Shown here: piece by piece, positions 11,951 through 26,300 of the stretch
Position numbering within the stretch: position 1 is the first letter of the stretch
How the letters are laid out: every line of letters begins with the position of its first letter
Origin: Basidiobolus meristosporus CBS 931.73
Lineage: Eukaryota; Fungi; Basidiobolomycota
DNA length: 64,000 nucleotides
Direction of reading: 5' to 3'
Assembly: GCA_002104905.1 (NCBI GenBank)
Contig: MCFE01000417.1
Coordinates: 1-64,000 of the forward strand
Program-made: the position numbers and the translations under genes
The notes under the pieces: model-generated
Told to the model about the DNA's origin: nothing
What the model saw: only the letters and a program-made list of their open reading frames with translations
Databases searched by the model: none

Positions 11951-14445
11951 CCCCATCAGTAATAGCCAATAGCTCTGGGCATCCATATTGTCAAATAGTA
12001 TATCCATAGTTCTATCCCCCCTTTTGTGTTCCTGAGTCTGATTAACACAGGTCCTGAACAAACACCTTCTGTTGTTGGACCACACCTAAGTCCTTTCCAG
12101 GTCCTGCCTTGCATAGCTCTACTCTCCAACCTTGTGTCTATTGATAGCAGATGGCTTATAGCCTGCCAACTTTGCTGCAATTGCATGCTGACTTCTGTAC
12201 ATTCTCTCTGCTGGAGGATGATATTGTTAGTATTAGTGTATGGATAATAATAGTGTGTGTGAGTTATGAAGTAAGTCACCTGGATCTCACACTTTTGAGA
12301 GCAATGCCATCCATTGCACCCAGAAAGGCCAGCTATCTTGCTGATGGCTGGGGTATCTTCTATGCGGATAATAACATGAGCTTTACATGGCAGTCATTTA
12401 CAGTTATCCTGCTGGAAAGCATACAAAGTTCATCCAGCAATGAATACAGGTAGCTATCCAGGTTGGAGAGTGGTTTAAGCCCAGACACCAGTGAGACTAC
12501 CATCAGATTTTTCCTCTGATATGCTCAGGCAAATGAGAATGTGGTAAAAGTAGTTTCCTTTGGCTGAGGACCAGCAAGTGGCCATCAAGACATCACCACC
12601 ACTCATATTAGCTAATATGTTGTCAGCTCATACCAAATCATTAATGAGGCAATTAAGTGCAGTGGCTGAGAAATAAGCAAACAGTCCAGAAGCAGGATAG
12701 GCAGATAATATGTGTAGAGCAATCAATATCCCAGATAGAGAAAGCAGTTTCTTTGCTGCAAATAAGGAACTCAAGTAGCACAAAGTTGCAACTAAGAATT
12801 GAGCCATTTCCTAATGTAACAGCAGATGAACGCAATACAGTCTTTGAAGCACAACAATAGAACTCAAGGATTGTGTTTGAGTTGCTCCATGAGCATTCTC
12901 CTGGATTTAAACAAGCAAACAGATTTTGGGCTAGCATTGGTATGCTAAGAGAGTATTTCAAGAAAGGCAGAAACTATCAAAGACAGAAGTACAAGGGTGC
13001 AATGGCCAAAAACCAGTGGCTTCCTCCGGAGCCTATAGCAAGCAGCACTAAAACTCCAAATAAGCATCAAAGAGACATCAGCTGGAAAAGTGCCAATGGG
13101 AGACAGGTAGGCAGACACAGATGTACTGGCACAACATTTATCACGGAGAAGGTGTAGTTCCACTTAAGAAACACTCAGACAAAATGGCTTGAAGTACTTG
13201 GCAATGACAAAATCCAGTGGCTACCTCAGGGGCCTATCACAACCTTGGCTAAGAGCACAAAACAAGCAGGAAAGAAGCAACAGGTTGCCTGTAGAGTACC
13301 AGCAAGGGGCAAGCAGGCAAAAATAGATGCAGCAGACTAGCATTTATCCAGGAGAACTTGTAATTCAATACAAGAAGCACTCAGACAAAATGGCAGAGAA
13401 AGACCTGGCAGTGATAGAGGAAAAAGCAAAGGGAATAAAGTCAACCCTAGTCAGAGACAGGGAAATATAAGAAATAAGCTGCAATCTTTGCCCATCAACA
13501 CTGTATGCCCAGCACCAAAAGAATCTTATCATATCAAATTAGAATCACTAACAAGAAAACAGCTGCTTTCACAAGAGCTGGAAGCATAGCCAGTTGCGCT
13601 ACACTCCAGTAAGGTAGATGAGTTTGCAGAAAAGACAATTTGTCCACCACAGCCTCTACAACCTCTATTGTTGACATAGTGGCAGTTTCACTGATATACA
13701 AAACAACAACAGCAAGAACTCATAAGGTTATCACAGTGTGGTCAGTGTAATTTGGAAAATTAATTGGCACACCAAGATGTTGCAGCACTTCTCCAAGAGC
13801 AGTACTCAGGAAAATACACTTGAATGTTACAAGGATTTTTGCAAAGACTGACAGATGAGGTCCTAGACCTTGCAGTGCCAGCAGAAGATAAGCACATATG
13901 GGAACCAGGTAAATGAACAGTGGGAAAAAACCATGTGGCTCTGGCTAAAGTCATGGAATCAGAGCATTACAGCAGAAATACTCATCAAGTGGTGGATTTT
14001 GATGAATTTGCTTGTTAGTAAGATGTTATGCTCAATGTTAGTGTTGGGCATAGGGACTTATATAGGTCAATTCAATTGGCAATTAAGCTACAACTGAAGT
14101 TTCAGCAAAGATAAATCAACTTGTCTGCATGCAAAGCAAGAGAAACAGTTGAGGTAGGAAGTAAGAGGTTTTAAAAAGAGGCAACAGTCAATCAGTGCTT
14201 TCAAATAATGCAGGTGATGGAGTATCCAGGTTCAGAAAGTGATAGAATTGGCAGAGAACCAATCAAAAGCCTCTGATGTATTGCGGTGATGAGAAATATT
14301 GAACAAGTTTTTTGTGAAATCTGGGGTGCAATTACTTTCTGACAGTCTTTGCACAGTATCCTGATGGGATCAATACCTCTTAGTCATGGGACCTGGAATT
14401 TGTGATGGCCTTTCAATGAGATCTTCATTTTATCTTCTCATAGGG
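11950..14445 (+). mobile_element. EnSpm-like copy D, internally deleted: Tnp2 core (minus, ~11950-12520) fused to ORF-X (plus, ~12521-14097) and right terminus
   Basis: Minus strand YQRKNLMVVSLVSGLKPLSNLDSYLYSLLDEL and EDTPAISKIAGLSGCNGWHCSQKCEI (Tnp2 DxPA..K..G..GHNG..C..C motif); ends CTCATAGGG at 14445; TGATGGGATCA at 14362. Confidence 0.78.
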
Positions 14446-17166
14446 TGGTTGCTGATGTAAGTCCTATTGCCTATTGCCCCTTTGTTGCTTACCTGGATTT
14501 AATACATAAGCTATGCAATGGATATGGACATCTTGGGATTGGAGGAACCTACAGCCTCATAAAGGCTAGAACATGGTGGCCCAGAATGAAAGAAGACATT
14601 GAGAAGCTAGTGAAAGCATACCCAAGTTGCCAAACCAACAAAGTTCAACGACAGAAAATTGCTGAAATCTTTCCCTTGGAGCCAATAGGACCATCTGAGA
14701 GATGGGGAATTGCCGTATTGGAATACTGCCTACCACCAGAATTTGCAATTGATGGATTTTGGTAGTAGTTGACCATGCCACCAAATGGCCAGTGATTACA
14801 GCTGTACCAATAGCTAGTGAGCCAGAGGTTGCAAGTTTTATCCACCTTGAGAACTTGATGATGTTTAGATGCACTGTGGAAATTGCATCTGATAGAGGAG
14901 CAAACTTTATGTCAAAAGCATTAGAGGCCAAACTGGAAATGTAGCAGACAAAAAAATTGGAAACTTTAGCACATCAACCTAGAGCTAATGAAGTCACTAA
15001 GCAGTTAATGGATTACTTGAAAAATGCAGACCATGAATGCTAGCAAAGATGTAAGTAGATGGGATGAGAATTTTGACTAGGCACTGTGTGCTTACAGACT
15101 TGGGGTACACAGTACCACCCAAAGAGCTCACTCATCTTAAGAAGGGAAGAATGCTATCATCTGATGCTTGTTTATGTAAGTAGGATCCATTTTCAGTCCA
15201 ATCAGTTAGTTTTATGTTTAGCCTATTACTGTATTAGTATTATCTATCAGTTCCATGTTTGGACATTTATGGGTATATCTCCTACCACTGTTTCTGATAC
15301 TGAATGTAGACAAGTAACTTGTCTAACAAGTGTCTCACAGAGCCTCAGGATCATTGGTACTGGAAATAGTACCACAGACATAACATATGTACCACACCTA
15401 AGTTGGCATGTCTAGGATCACTGATCTTTGGCCAAATATATAGGTATTATATAACATTCTGATCCACGGGGTTTGGGCAAGCTGGCCCATTTATCTGTCT
15501 GCATATCCAACTCCAAACTAGGGCAGCAGGCAGCTCCAAAGTGCTTGCGCATCACTTCATTTCAAGAGGCTACAAACTTATGTAAATTCACTGCAGCAAT
15601 GCAGGCGCTTCATTGACTGAAATAGTCTAATCCAAACCCAAGCATTTGTGGATCTTAGTCAAAGCTCCTTTATGTTATGATGACAAGGACCATAGCATTA
15701 ATACATATATTATGTAATATGCCCCTGTTTGATCTGAACTCCTTGCTGGGATTACACATTTTCTCAAAGCTTTATCCTTCAGTGCATTACCAACATGGCC
15801 TCCTAAACATCTAACCTTTTTCTGTGCTAAGGGTCTTCTTTAAGAGCAAAGGCTTCACTCTCCATGACAGTATAACCCACATAGCAGTTCTTTGCAGTAG
15901 CAGTACTATTCTATCTTTTGTAGCTTCAAGTAGACCAGGCAGTCTTTCTCCAGAAAAAAGACACAGCACTAGAGCAAAGTAGATACCCCAGATATAGTAA
16001 GCTTGGGGCTCATAACCTGTTGAAATATTAGAGAGATATATTGGAAGTGAAATGGAGAATTAGATGATTTACATAATAATCACATGTTGATTTAATGAAT
16101 TGCAACATAGTATTTATACTTATTGCCAGATGATGTAGATGTAGCTGTTTTTCATTAATAGGGAAGTCTCAGGAGTACATGTGCCAAGTTTCAGCTCATT
16201 TGGGCAAGTTTCAAATTTTCCTAAAATTTTGTACTTCACTAATTTCAAATAATTTGCAAATATCTTACAAACTAATTTTGAAATTAATTTTCTGAAATAT
16301 GTCATTTAACTAAGCTCTAGATCATAATATATTAATAATTAGGTGGACTCCTAATTACTTCAACATATACCAGGAGATCTCACAGAGCCATAGATTGCAG
16401 ACACCTCAGAAGATGTGCTCATCAGCCAAGTAGACACCAGCCACTGGAACAAAGATGTCAAGAGGAACATGTCAAAGTATCTCAAAGTGTAGAAAATATG
16501 AAGCAGAAACTTGATAAGATTATATTACCAGAAGCATTGGCAGTAGGGAACTTTATATTGCTAAGAAACAACACTTGAAAGAAGTTTGAGCCACAATGGA
16601 CAGGACCATTCAGGATAATTAGAGAATGTCCATTTGCAACTTACCAACTAGTGGACAAACTAGGGAATAACCGGCAAAATTAACTCATAGAGATAAACTC
16701 AAGCTCATAAGAATTGCCGATAATACTGAACCATCAGGATATTGGTATTACAAGACAAGAGATCCAGGAGAACCCTCTCAACTTTGGTAGGGGAGAATGT
16801 TTTGATCTACTGCTTGAATATTTAAGTTAGCTCAGTGCTTAGTCAAATCAATTAGCTTAGTGTTTAGCCTATCAGTATATCAGTGTTATCTATCAGATCT
16901 GAAGTATTGGTAAGCAAATGAATCAGCAAATTCTTATCAGACAGAAATAGATATCTTAAGTAGGATCTAATTGGGAAATGATGATGCAATCAATTGAATC
17001 ATCAGCCACAACATAGATTTTTAAGTACAATTAGTCTGCAAATGATCTGGCAAAATGTATGTAAGGAGCTGCTGGAACCTCAATAAAAATCAGTTCAAGT
17101 TTTGATGAATACATCACTAGCTATACTCCCTGTTCCTCTCCAACTCTTGTATCCTAACTTGTAACA
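14446..17166 (+). mobile_element. gypsy-1 3' remnant (integrase 14446 to ~15120 and 16366-16797, 3' LTR 16798-17166), interrupted by a copia-2-derived insert
   Basis: Collinear with 26790-28299 (PIAYCP, ARTWWPRMKEDIEKLVK, DHATKWP, SDRGANF); PPT TAGGGGAGAA; 369-bp LTR. Confidence 0.88.
15121..16365 (-). mobile_element. copia-2 5' LTR (16018-16365) with PBS and ~900 bp of internal sequence lacking recognisable gag
   Basis: 348-bp TG..CA LTR homologous to 28644-28992; GGTTATGAGCCCCAAGCT adjacent, as in copia-1a. Confidence 0.7.
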
Positions 17167-17589
17167 TATAGATGTGATATATATAAGGATTTAAGATGAA
17201 TACGCTGCTTTTTGAGCCAATTTATCAATATAATGTAAAATACAGTATTATAAATGAATCAAATTTTTTTTGAACATAGCACATGGGGCAGAATAAAATT
17301 CTTTATTCTTGTTGCATGTGTGAATTGATGATGCAAGGTCATTTGTAATCTACCATATCTTCTATTTTAGACTGTCAGACATCTTCTGTAATTATTAAAA
17401 GTCACATGACTCTCTTACTGTATTTGGTATATAGCTTATGTTTCAGTAGTGATATCATTATCAGGTACTTAATCTATAATTTTAGTGGCTTTCCAATCAA
17501 TTACTGTATGGTACATAGTCTTCTCTTAGGCAGCTCCCAGATTGTGTTATGATGTAATTTACATTCTTGAGCATATGCATAATACCTAG

Positions 17590-18155
17590 GAAAGATCTCT
17601 TGCTTGCTCACTGGCTCCAACCCTCTGCATTTAATGCTACAGATGTGGTGTCAAGAGCTTTGTGATGCTGCTGTGGGGTACCCATTTTTGTTAAAAAGCT
17701 TTACTGCTGAGGATCCTGAAGTGCTGAAGGTCTGGATGTTTAGCTGTGTTTGTGCTAAAGAGCATTATGTCACATAGTGGAGGAAGTACTTGAAGTATAC
17801 ACAGAGCTTGGTACCATGTTATACAAAAATACTCATCTCAAATGATCTCAAAAACAGTTTTGGTACTACACTGGAATGGTGTAATCAATACAATACCTGC
17901 CAGGACCATAATTGGATTAGCCAAATTGCATGAGGAGATGTTGAGCAAATTAGTTTTGTTGGTAGGAGTCAGCTCAAAGCTAACTATGCCAGCTTTTTTC
18001 ATTCAGTACTCCCAAGTAGTGCCAGCAATGCAAAGTGCCCCTTTATTTGGACCATACTGCAAGAGTTGGTTTTATATCATCATGAAATGTTGCTACTATT
18101 TCTGATTCATCAGGCTAGAGAGAATCCTTTTTTGACCATTTTGTAGGACCAATAC
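17590..18155 (+). pseudogene. Unidentified decayed coding remnant
   Basis: ~185 codons in one frame with only 2 stops (17775, 17931) before 18140 despite AT-rich sequence; preceded by CCTAG acceptor-like site; no family recognised, strand not certain. Confidence 0.35.
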
Positions 18156-18523
18156 TTTTGAAATATTGGACTATTTGGTATCATACAGCAGCTACAAGCT
18201 CACTTAACAATTCCAAACTAGTCTTGGCCACTGTTCAATTAATATGCAGCCCTAACATTGCCACTTTCTTCAGATCTATGATTCTTTGATTATTCCCCCA
18301 TAGTCAAGATCAAGTTAGCACTTTTACTAAACATTATACACCAGCCCTGAAACTGTTACAGGATGCACCTGAATGTTGAAAAACCCTCCTTACTTAGTGT
18401 TACAGCTGTATCAGTTCTTCAAAGGTACTAATACTGGTCTTCTTTTGAATAAACAACAGTTCAACTTTTATCACTATTTCTTGAGAAGTTCCTTTTAGTC
18501 AAATAACTTCTTAAATTGCAACA
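18156..18523 (+). repeat. Solo/orphan LTR of copia-3, 368 bp
   Basis: Reverse-complement homolog of 29053-29420; ends TGCAACA; no TSD match. Confidence 0.8.
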
Positions 18524-21500
18524 TAATATGGCAACTGTTTGTTGGTGTTGTGCACTCTGACTCTATAGGCAAAAAGTGCTTATTCTTTATACTCATCCCA
18601 TCCTCTGACAGCTCCATTTGCATACTTGGTTAGCATTTCTCCAAATAAGCCATTAAACTGCTCAGTTACTCCATTTGTTCTATGGTGATATGCCTTGGCT
18701 TTCAGATATTAGATTGGCTGCATTTCCAGGTAATCTTTTTGTTGCATTGCCAAGAAGTCTGCTTCTCTATCCAACAGAATCTCAGCAAGGCATACAAACT
18801 TCATAAAGATCACCTGGTAGATGAGAATTGCAACCGCTTGCTCACTAGCTACTAATACAGCTTTAGCCACTGGCCATTAATGGCATGGTCAATTGCTACT
18901 TGGATCCAATGATTGCATATCCTGGTGGCTGGCAGGTGTCCAATAAAGCCAATTCCCCATCTCTTAAATGTTCTTACAGGCTTCAAAGGAAAGAGTTCAG
19001 CAACTTTCTGTGGTAGGCTTTGGTTGGTTTGGCAATTTGGGTATGTTTTGACTAGCTTCTCAATATCTTTGTTTGTTCTGGGCCACCATGCTCTAGCTTT
19101 TGCCAGGATATAGGTTCCTTCAATAAGAAAATGTCCATATCCATTGTATGGCTTATGTAATACATCCAGGTAAGCAACATACGGGCAATAGGCAACAGGG
19201 CTTCCATCAACAATTTGGTAGAGTGTTTCATCCTGTACTACAAATTTGCTGGCTTCATCCTGGATTATCCTCTTGATCTTCTCATCCACCTTATTAGGAA
19301 TGGCTTGGTCCTTCATGTACTTTGGTAATTAGCTAGGCCAATCTGATACATGCATCAGGCTGAGTTGTGCAACATGTTCTAATCTTGATAAAGCACCAGC
19401 AACTATGGTGCTTTTCCCAGGGCAGTAGGCAATCTCCAAGTCAAATTGCTGAATGTATTTACTCCACCTTGTCATTCTTCTGAATAGTACCTTCTGAGTA
19501 AATCTATACATTAGTGAGGCATAATCAGTCTTCACAGTGCACATGACTCCTTTGATATAGCATCTCCATGTCCTTGAGCTGTGTATTATAGTAAGCATCA
19601 TCTTCTTTTGCTCTGGATAGTTTGTTTTGCTAAGTACAATTTCTTGGATCTAAAAGCAACTGGGTGCTCCTTTCCCTCATTTTTTTACTTTGTACTCCTC
19701 CAATTGCATAATCTGAAGGGTTTCCAAGTACAAGGTCAAACTTGAAGGTCCCAAATATATAGGTCTATAGGTCTTCTTCATTGTCATTGAACTTCATTCT
19801 TACTGGTTGAGTTATATGGTTGATAATGTGAGAGTTCCCATTAGCAGTTGGGACCAAATTTGATTTGATGGGCTCCAAGTTTAATCCAGCTTTCAAGGTA
19901 AGTTGCTCTGATATGTACTTGTGTGATGCTCCTGAGTCAATCATGATCTTGGCAGGTACTACATCAACTACTCCATTCAAGTATAATAGCTTTCCTGAGT
20001 TTGAGGTCATTTGGGACAGGTATTCTTCTATCATGTAAAAGGTGAGTTATGAGTCTTCTTCCTGTTCATCCTCCATGTTACTATGATCAAGGGCATCAAT
20101 GTAATTGAAGGTTCTTGTTGACTGGTGTCCATTTCTTCTCTGTGGGCAGTGCTTTGCAATATGTTGTTGCCAATGACATTTCAGGCAAAGTTTTTTCTGC
20201 TTACATTTTTCTGAGGTGGGATTCTTCTGCATAGCATCTATTTCCATTGGCACTGCTTCTGATTGCCTGCTTTCATAGTGAAAATAGCTTCACTGATTAG
20301 TTGTTGTGGGCTTCCCAGTTTGAAGCATAACAGAATCATAGCCCATAGCAATCTTGATGGTTTCTTCAATAGTCTGAGGTGTATGATATTTCACTTCCTT
20401 GGAAGTTCTTCTTTCAACCTATCCATAAAGTATTCAACTTGATCTGGTGGTCTGTTCTTTCAATTTGTCCAAGTAAACATCTGCACTCATAGATGCATTC
20501 TTGAATCAATCCTTTCTGTCTAACTGTTGGCTGGTGGGGAGATTCAAAGGCATCTTGAATTTACAACACATGCTCATTCCAGGTAGAGATTGTAGAGCAT
20601 CCCATCATGGTGGCTGACCTGATCTTGTTGTGGTGCCACTGTAAAGCTGCACCTGCTAAGTAAGAAGCTGAATAATGCAACTTGACTTCTGGAATAGCTC
20701 CCTTAGTATTGAAATCCTCTTCAATCAGGAAGAGACAAGTTCCCCAGTTTTTGTTGACTCTGCCATAGTACCAGTTAACCTTCACACAAAAGCTGCTTGC
20801 AATAGGGCCTTGCTGGTTCTGTGCCAGGGTAGTCAGTCCTTGTTGTTACTACTAAGGATCTGAAATAACCATGGCAGTTGCACAAGGATTTGCTGCTTAG
20901 CAATCTTCCATTCTTAAACTTCCAGCATCTAGAGGAATGCTATTTCTTTCTTCAGGGGGGAGATTTCTGGTTATTACTGCCACCAATCTTACAAGTCTTG
21001 ATATAAGTGTTGTAGAGAATAGGGACTTTAACTAGTATTATCTTCACTAAAACTTGAGCTGATCTTTATTGAGATCTTGTGGTGGTACTGCTGTAGAGCT
21101 GCATCTACTAAGTAATAAGCTGAATAATACAACTTGTTTACTGGAACAATTCCCTTAGTGTTAAAATTTTCTTCAATCTGGAAGAGCCAAATTCCCAGGT
21201 TTACATTGACTCTACCATGGTAGCAGTTGACATTCACACTCAAGCTGCTCTTGACAGGGCTTTGCTGGTTCTGGGCCAGGGTTGTCAGTCCTTGTAGCTG
21301 CTGGCTGAGGATCTGAAGTAACTGTTGCTATTGGGAAAGGATTTGTTGCAAAGCGTTCTTCCATTCTTGATTTTTGGACATCTTGACAAAAGCTTCTTCT
21401 TTACTGAGAGGGGAGATTTCTGGCATTGCTGCTACCAATGTTACAAATCCTGATATAAGAGTTTGAAAGAAATAGGGAGCTTGGCTAGTAATGTATTCAC

Positions 21501-21807
21501 TAAAAGTTGAACTGATTTTTATTGAGGTTCCAGTAGCTCCTAATGTAGATCTTGCCAGATTGCTTGCTGACTAACTGTATTTTCTAATTTAGGTTGTAGC
21601 TGATGACTCATTGGAGTGCATTATTATCACACAATTAGATTCTACTTAATATATTTATTTATGTCTGATAAGGATCTGCTGAACTATATAATGACTAATA
21701 CTACTGATTTTATAGATAACACTGATTTATTGATAAGGTAAGCATAAAGCTGATTGATTTGGCTAAGAACTAATTCAACTTAAACAGTTGAGTTGCTGAT
21801 CATAGCA
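18524..21807 (-). mobile_element. gypsy-1 decayed copies: gag-PR fused to RNaseH-IN with RT deleted (18524 to ~21080), plus a second LTR-PBS-gag start (~21081-21807; LTR 21439-21807)
   Basis: Homology to 23361-27500: [63 protein letters not shown]; PBS TGGTAGCAGCAA at ~21426-21437 (-). Confidence 0.88.
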
Positions 21808-23360
21808 GATGCAAATATATTAGACCTGCAGGTACTTAAGTAGACAATAGCAAATCCTGCCTGCCTGTGGGACAACTTTGCACACTATGGCACAATTAGA
21901 CACAATGAGGTTGGCATGGATGATCATGCCAACTTGTAATGTATGCATCAGGTGTGCAATTGGATACTGCTATTATGGTGGGTAAGATCCGGTATTTGGA
22001 TATGTTTCTTTAATGTAAATGGAAATAAATGCATCTCACACTATAAACTACACTGATAATTACTATTTTGGTTACATTCACTCCAATTGGATTGTATCTC
22101 AGTGGTTAACTGGTCCAAAAGTATCCTGAAGCTGTCAGCCATGTATTGACTCTTTGACCAATGCACAAGCCACCTGATGTGCCATGAAATATTGCATTTT
22201 GTCCATTGAGCAAGTAAATCCCTGATCCTAGTGATTGCACAAGGTGTCACAGCTAGCATGCAACCAATTACACAGGTGCTAATGGATCAAATGGCTACAC
22301 TGGTGTAACAGATGATATATATATGTGCAGGGTGTTTATTTACAGGCGTTCTGTTTCAAATGTGAGACAACCTTGATTTTCTTATATCAAAGAATTAGTG
22401 ATCACTACATTGCGGTGGCTTGAGTTGTATTGCAAAAAAATGTGTTGTTTGGATCATGACAAATAATAGCAAATCAATGCAATTGCATCATCTCCTCCTA
22501 GGTTTTTTCTCACAGGGATTACTACTGAAGCATTCGGCAGTGATTCACTTTACCCACCTAAACCACTTCCTTATTGACTATCCTCTTGGCTACTTGTGTG
22601 CTTGTAGTCACTATTTTGCATCCTAGTTGATTAGTGCAATGCTGCAGTTTGGCCATGCTTAACTACTCCAGATGATGCTACTGGACTGACCTGCAGTGTC
22701 ATGTGCTGGTGCATTCTTTTACTTGCCAAAGGCTCTGGTAGTGGAGGCACTTATGTTGGCCATCATCAGTCAGTTCACCAGAAGAAACTTGCTGATGATC
22801 AGGTATTATGGCATGCACAGTTGCAACTTGATGTGCTGAAATGGCCCTTGGCTGGGTTTGATTTAGGGTGGCTTGCTGGCATGACTTAGCCCACTCCAAT
22901 GGACTTGTGTCTAAATGATCAGTTTGGCAAGTTCTGGTAGTTTGGCTCTGAAGCATGTGCATTGACCCAACACGCATTGACTCAATGCAGGGTGCTCTTC
23001 TGAAGGGTGTTGGCATAGTTTGGACTGACATGTGCTGGCATGCTGGAGTTGCAAGGGATGGTAAGGAATCCAGCAAAGAGTGCTGATGCAATCTAGACAC
23101 TGTGGCTTGCATTCTGTATTCTTCCTCTTGAAGTCCACCTTCTGATTCCTCATGGTACTAACTTACCCTCTGTCTGATACTTTAGAACTGTTGCCTGGAT
23201 GAGTCCTGTGTATATTGCTCTTGGGAGCAACTTAGCTCCTCTAATATATCACTCAATACATTGGTCATTTGAGGCAAAAACACATTCAAAATCTCTTTTG
23301 TTCCCAGAGTTGAGGCACAAACATACATGTCCAGCCCAAGCTGTGAAAATTGCATGCAAA

Positions 23361-26300
23361 TGTTATGATCAGCCGCTTGAATGTTTAAGTTAGATCAGTT
23401 TTTTAGTCAAATCAATTAGTATATGTTTAGGTTATCAGTACATCAGTATTATCTATGAAATCAGTAGCATTGGTCAGCAAATGCATCAGCAGATCCTTAT
23501 CAGACAGAAATAGATATATTAAGTAGGATCTTTTTGGGTGATGATGATGCAATCAAATGAGTCATCAGCCACAACCTAAATTAGGAAATACAATTAGTCA
23601 GCAATTGATCTGGCAAAATGTATATAAGGAGCTGCTGGAACCTCAATAAAAATCAGTTCAAGTTTTAGTGAATACAATACTAGCTAAACTCCCTATTCCT
23701 CTACAACTCTTATACCAAGACTTGTAACATTGGTAGCAGCAATAACCAGAAACCTCCCTCCTGAAGAAAGAAGAAACCACCCTCAAGATGTCGGAGAATC
23801 AAGAATGGAAGAATGCCATGCAGCAAATCCTGGCCCAACAGCAACAGTTATTCCAGATCCTCAGCCAACAGCAACAAGGAATGACTACCATGGCTCAGAG
23901 CCAGCAAAGCCCTGTCAAGAGCAACTTTAGTGTGAAGGTCAACCGGTACCATGGCAGAGTCAATGAAAACCTGGGAACTTGGCTCTTTCAGATTGAAGAA
24001 GCTTTTAAAGCTAAAGGAATTGCTCCAGAGAGCAAGTTGCATTATGCAGCTTCTTACCTGGCAGATGCAGCTTTACAGTGGTACCACAACAAGATCAGGT
24101 CAGCTACTATGATGGGATGCTCTACAATCTCTACCTGGGATGAGTTTGTGTCGGAAATTCAGGATGCTTTTGAACCTCCACACCAACAGACACTACTAAG
24201 AAGGAAGTTAAAGACACTCAGACAGAAAGGAATGGTGCAAGAATACATCTATGAGTACAGATGTCTACTTGGACAAATTGAAAGAATGGACCCCTTGGAT
24301 CAAGTTGAATACTTTATTGATGGGTTGAAAGAAAGAACTCGCAAGGAAGTCAATTACCAAAGACCTCAGACTATTGAAGAAGCCATCAAGATTGCCATTG
24401 ACTATGACTCAGCTATGTTTGGAGTTGGGAAGCCTACAGTGACTAATCAGAAAGGCTATAATCATTATGAAAGAAGACAATCAGAAGTAGTACCAATGGA
24501 AATAGATGCTATGCAGAAGAATCCCTCCTCAGAAGAATGCAAGAAGAGAGGACTTTGCTTCAATTGCCACCAGCAGGGACATATTGCAAAGTACTGCCCT
24601 CAGAGAAGAAATGGACACCAGCCAACAAGAGCCTTCAACCATATTGAGTCCCATGAACACAGTAATGTGGAAGATGAGCTTGAAGAAGACTTGGAACTCA
24701 CCTTCCATATGACAGAAGAGTACTTGTCCCAAATGACTTCAAACTCAGGGAAGTTATTGTACTTGAATGGAGTAATCAATGGAGTACCTGCCAAGATCAT
24801 GATTGACTCAGGAGCATTGCATGAGTACATGTCAGAGCAATTTGCTTTGAAAGCTGGAATCAACTCAGAACCTACCAAATCAACTTCAGTCTCCACAGCT
24901 GATGGGAACTCCCACATAATCAACCGTATTACCCAGCCAGTAAGAATGAAGATCAATGACTATGAAGAAGACCTACAGGCTTATATATTTGGGAACTGCA
25001 AGTTTGACCTTGTACTTGGGAAAACCTGGATATTTTGTCGTAATCCATCAATCAACTGGAGAACACATGCTACTCAGATCCAAAAAGACAACAAGACCTA
25101 TGAGCTATTACCTGCCAGGCTGGATTTCAACTTGGTCAATTCCAGTGCGTGTGAGGCAAGTGAACTTAGCAAGACCCAGTTCTGTAGAGCACTTAGAAAA
25201 GGTACCCAGATGTTCCTCATGGCGGTATTACAGGAGGATCCCTCTACCCCAGCACCCCAGCAGGTCCAGACTCTCTTGAAGAAATATTCAGACGTGTTTC
25301 CAGATGAGCTTGTAAGCCTACCACCAGTCAGAGACGTGGATGATGCCATTGACACAGGAGATAGCCCTCCAGTGAGCAAGACACCTTACAGAATGAGTCC
25401 ATTGGAATTGGAGGAAATGAAGAGACAAATTGATCAGCTATTGGAGCAAGGATACATCAGGCCTAGCAAGTCACCCTGGGGAGCACCAGTGCTTTTTGTG
25501 AAAAAGAAGGATGGAACACTTAGGATGTGCATTGACTACAGAGCCCTGAACTCAGTTACCGTCAAGAATAAGTACCCCTTACCTTGGATTGATGAGCTTT
25601 TGGACCAACTTAATGGAGCCACTATTTTCAGTAGGATTGACCTCATGTCAGGATACAACCAAATTAGGGTGAAACCAGAAGATATTCCTAAGACAGCATT
25701 TAGGACCAGATATGGACATTACAAGTACTTAGTCATGAGTTTTAACCTCACTAATGCCCCTGCAACATTCATGACGCTGATGCAGACTGTCTTTCAGGAG
25801 TACTTAGACAAGTTTGTGATAATCTACCTGGATGACAGATTGATATACAGCAAGACAGAAGAGGATCACGTTGTGCACATTGATAAGGTCTTGAAGAAAC
25901 TAAGAGAGAACAAGCTATATGGCAAGCTAGCCAAGTGTGAATTCTTCAAGGAACAGGTTGAATACCTGGGACACATAGTGACTAGCACAGGAGTGACCTT
26001 AGACCCTAAGAAGGTTGAAGTTATCAAGAATTTGAAGCAGCCCCATAGCATATCAGAACTCAGATCCTTCCTTGGAATGGTTTCCTATTATCGGAGATTT
26101 GTCAAGTCATTTGCAAGTATTGCAGCCCCTTTAACTGATATCCTCAAGAAAGTCAATACCTACAAGTGGGACATAGCTTGTGAGACTGCCTTCCAGATGC
26201 TCAAGAATGAACTTGCTAAGCTGCCAAGCCTAAGAATACCAGACTTCAGAAAAGAGTTCACTCTGTGCACAGATGCTTCAAATTATGCAATTGGTGGAGT

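Noticed and set aside
22328-22372. CAGGGTGTTT... resembling a mariner TIR
   Set aside because: No partner TIR, no TA TSD and no DD34D/E motif found
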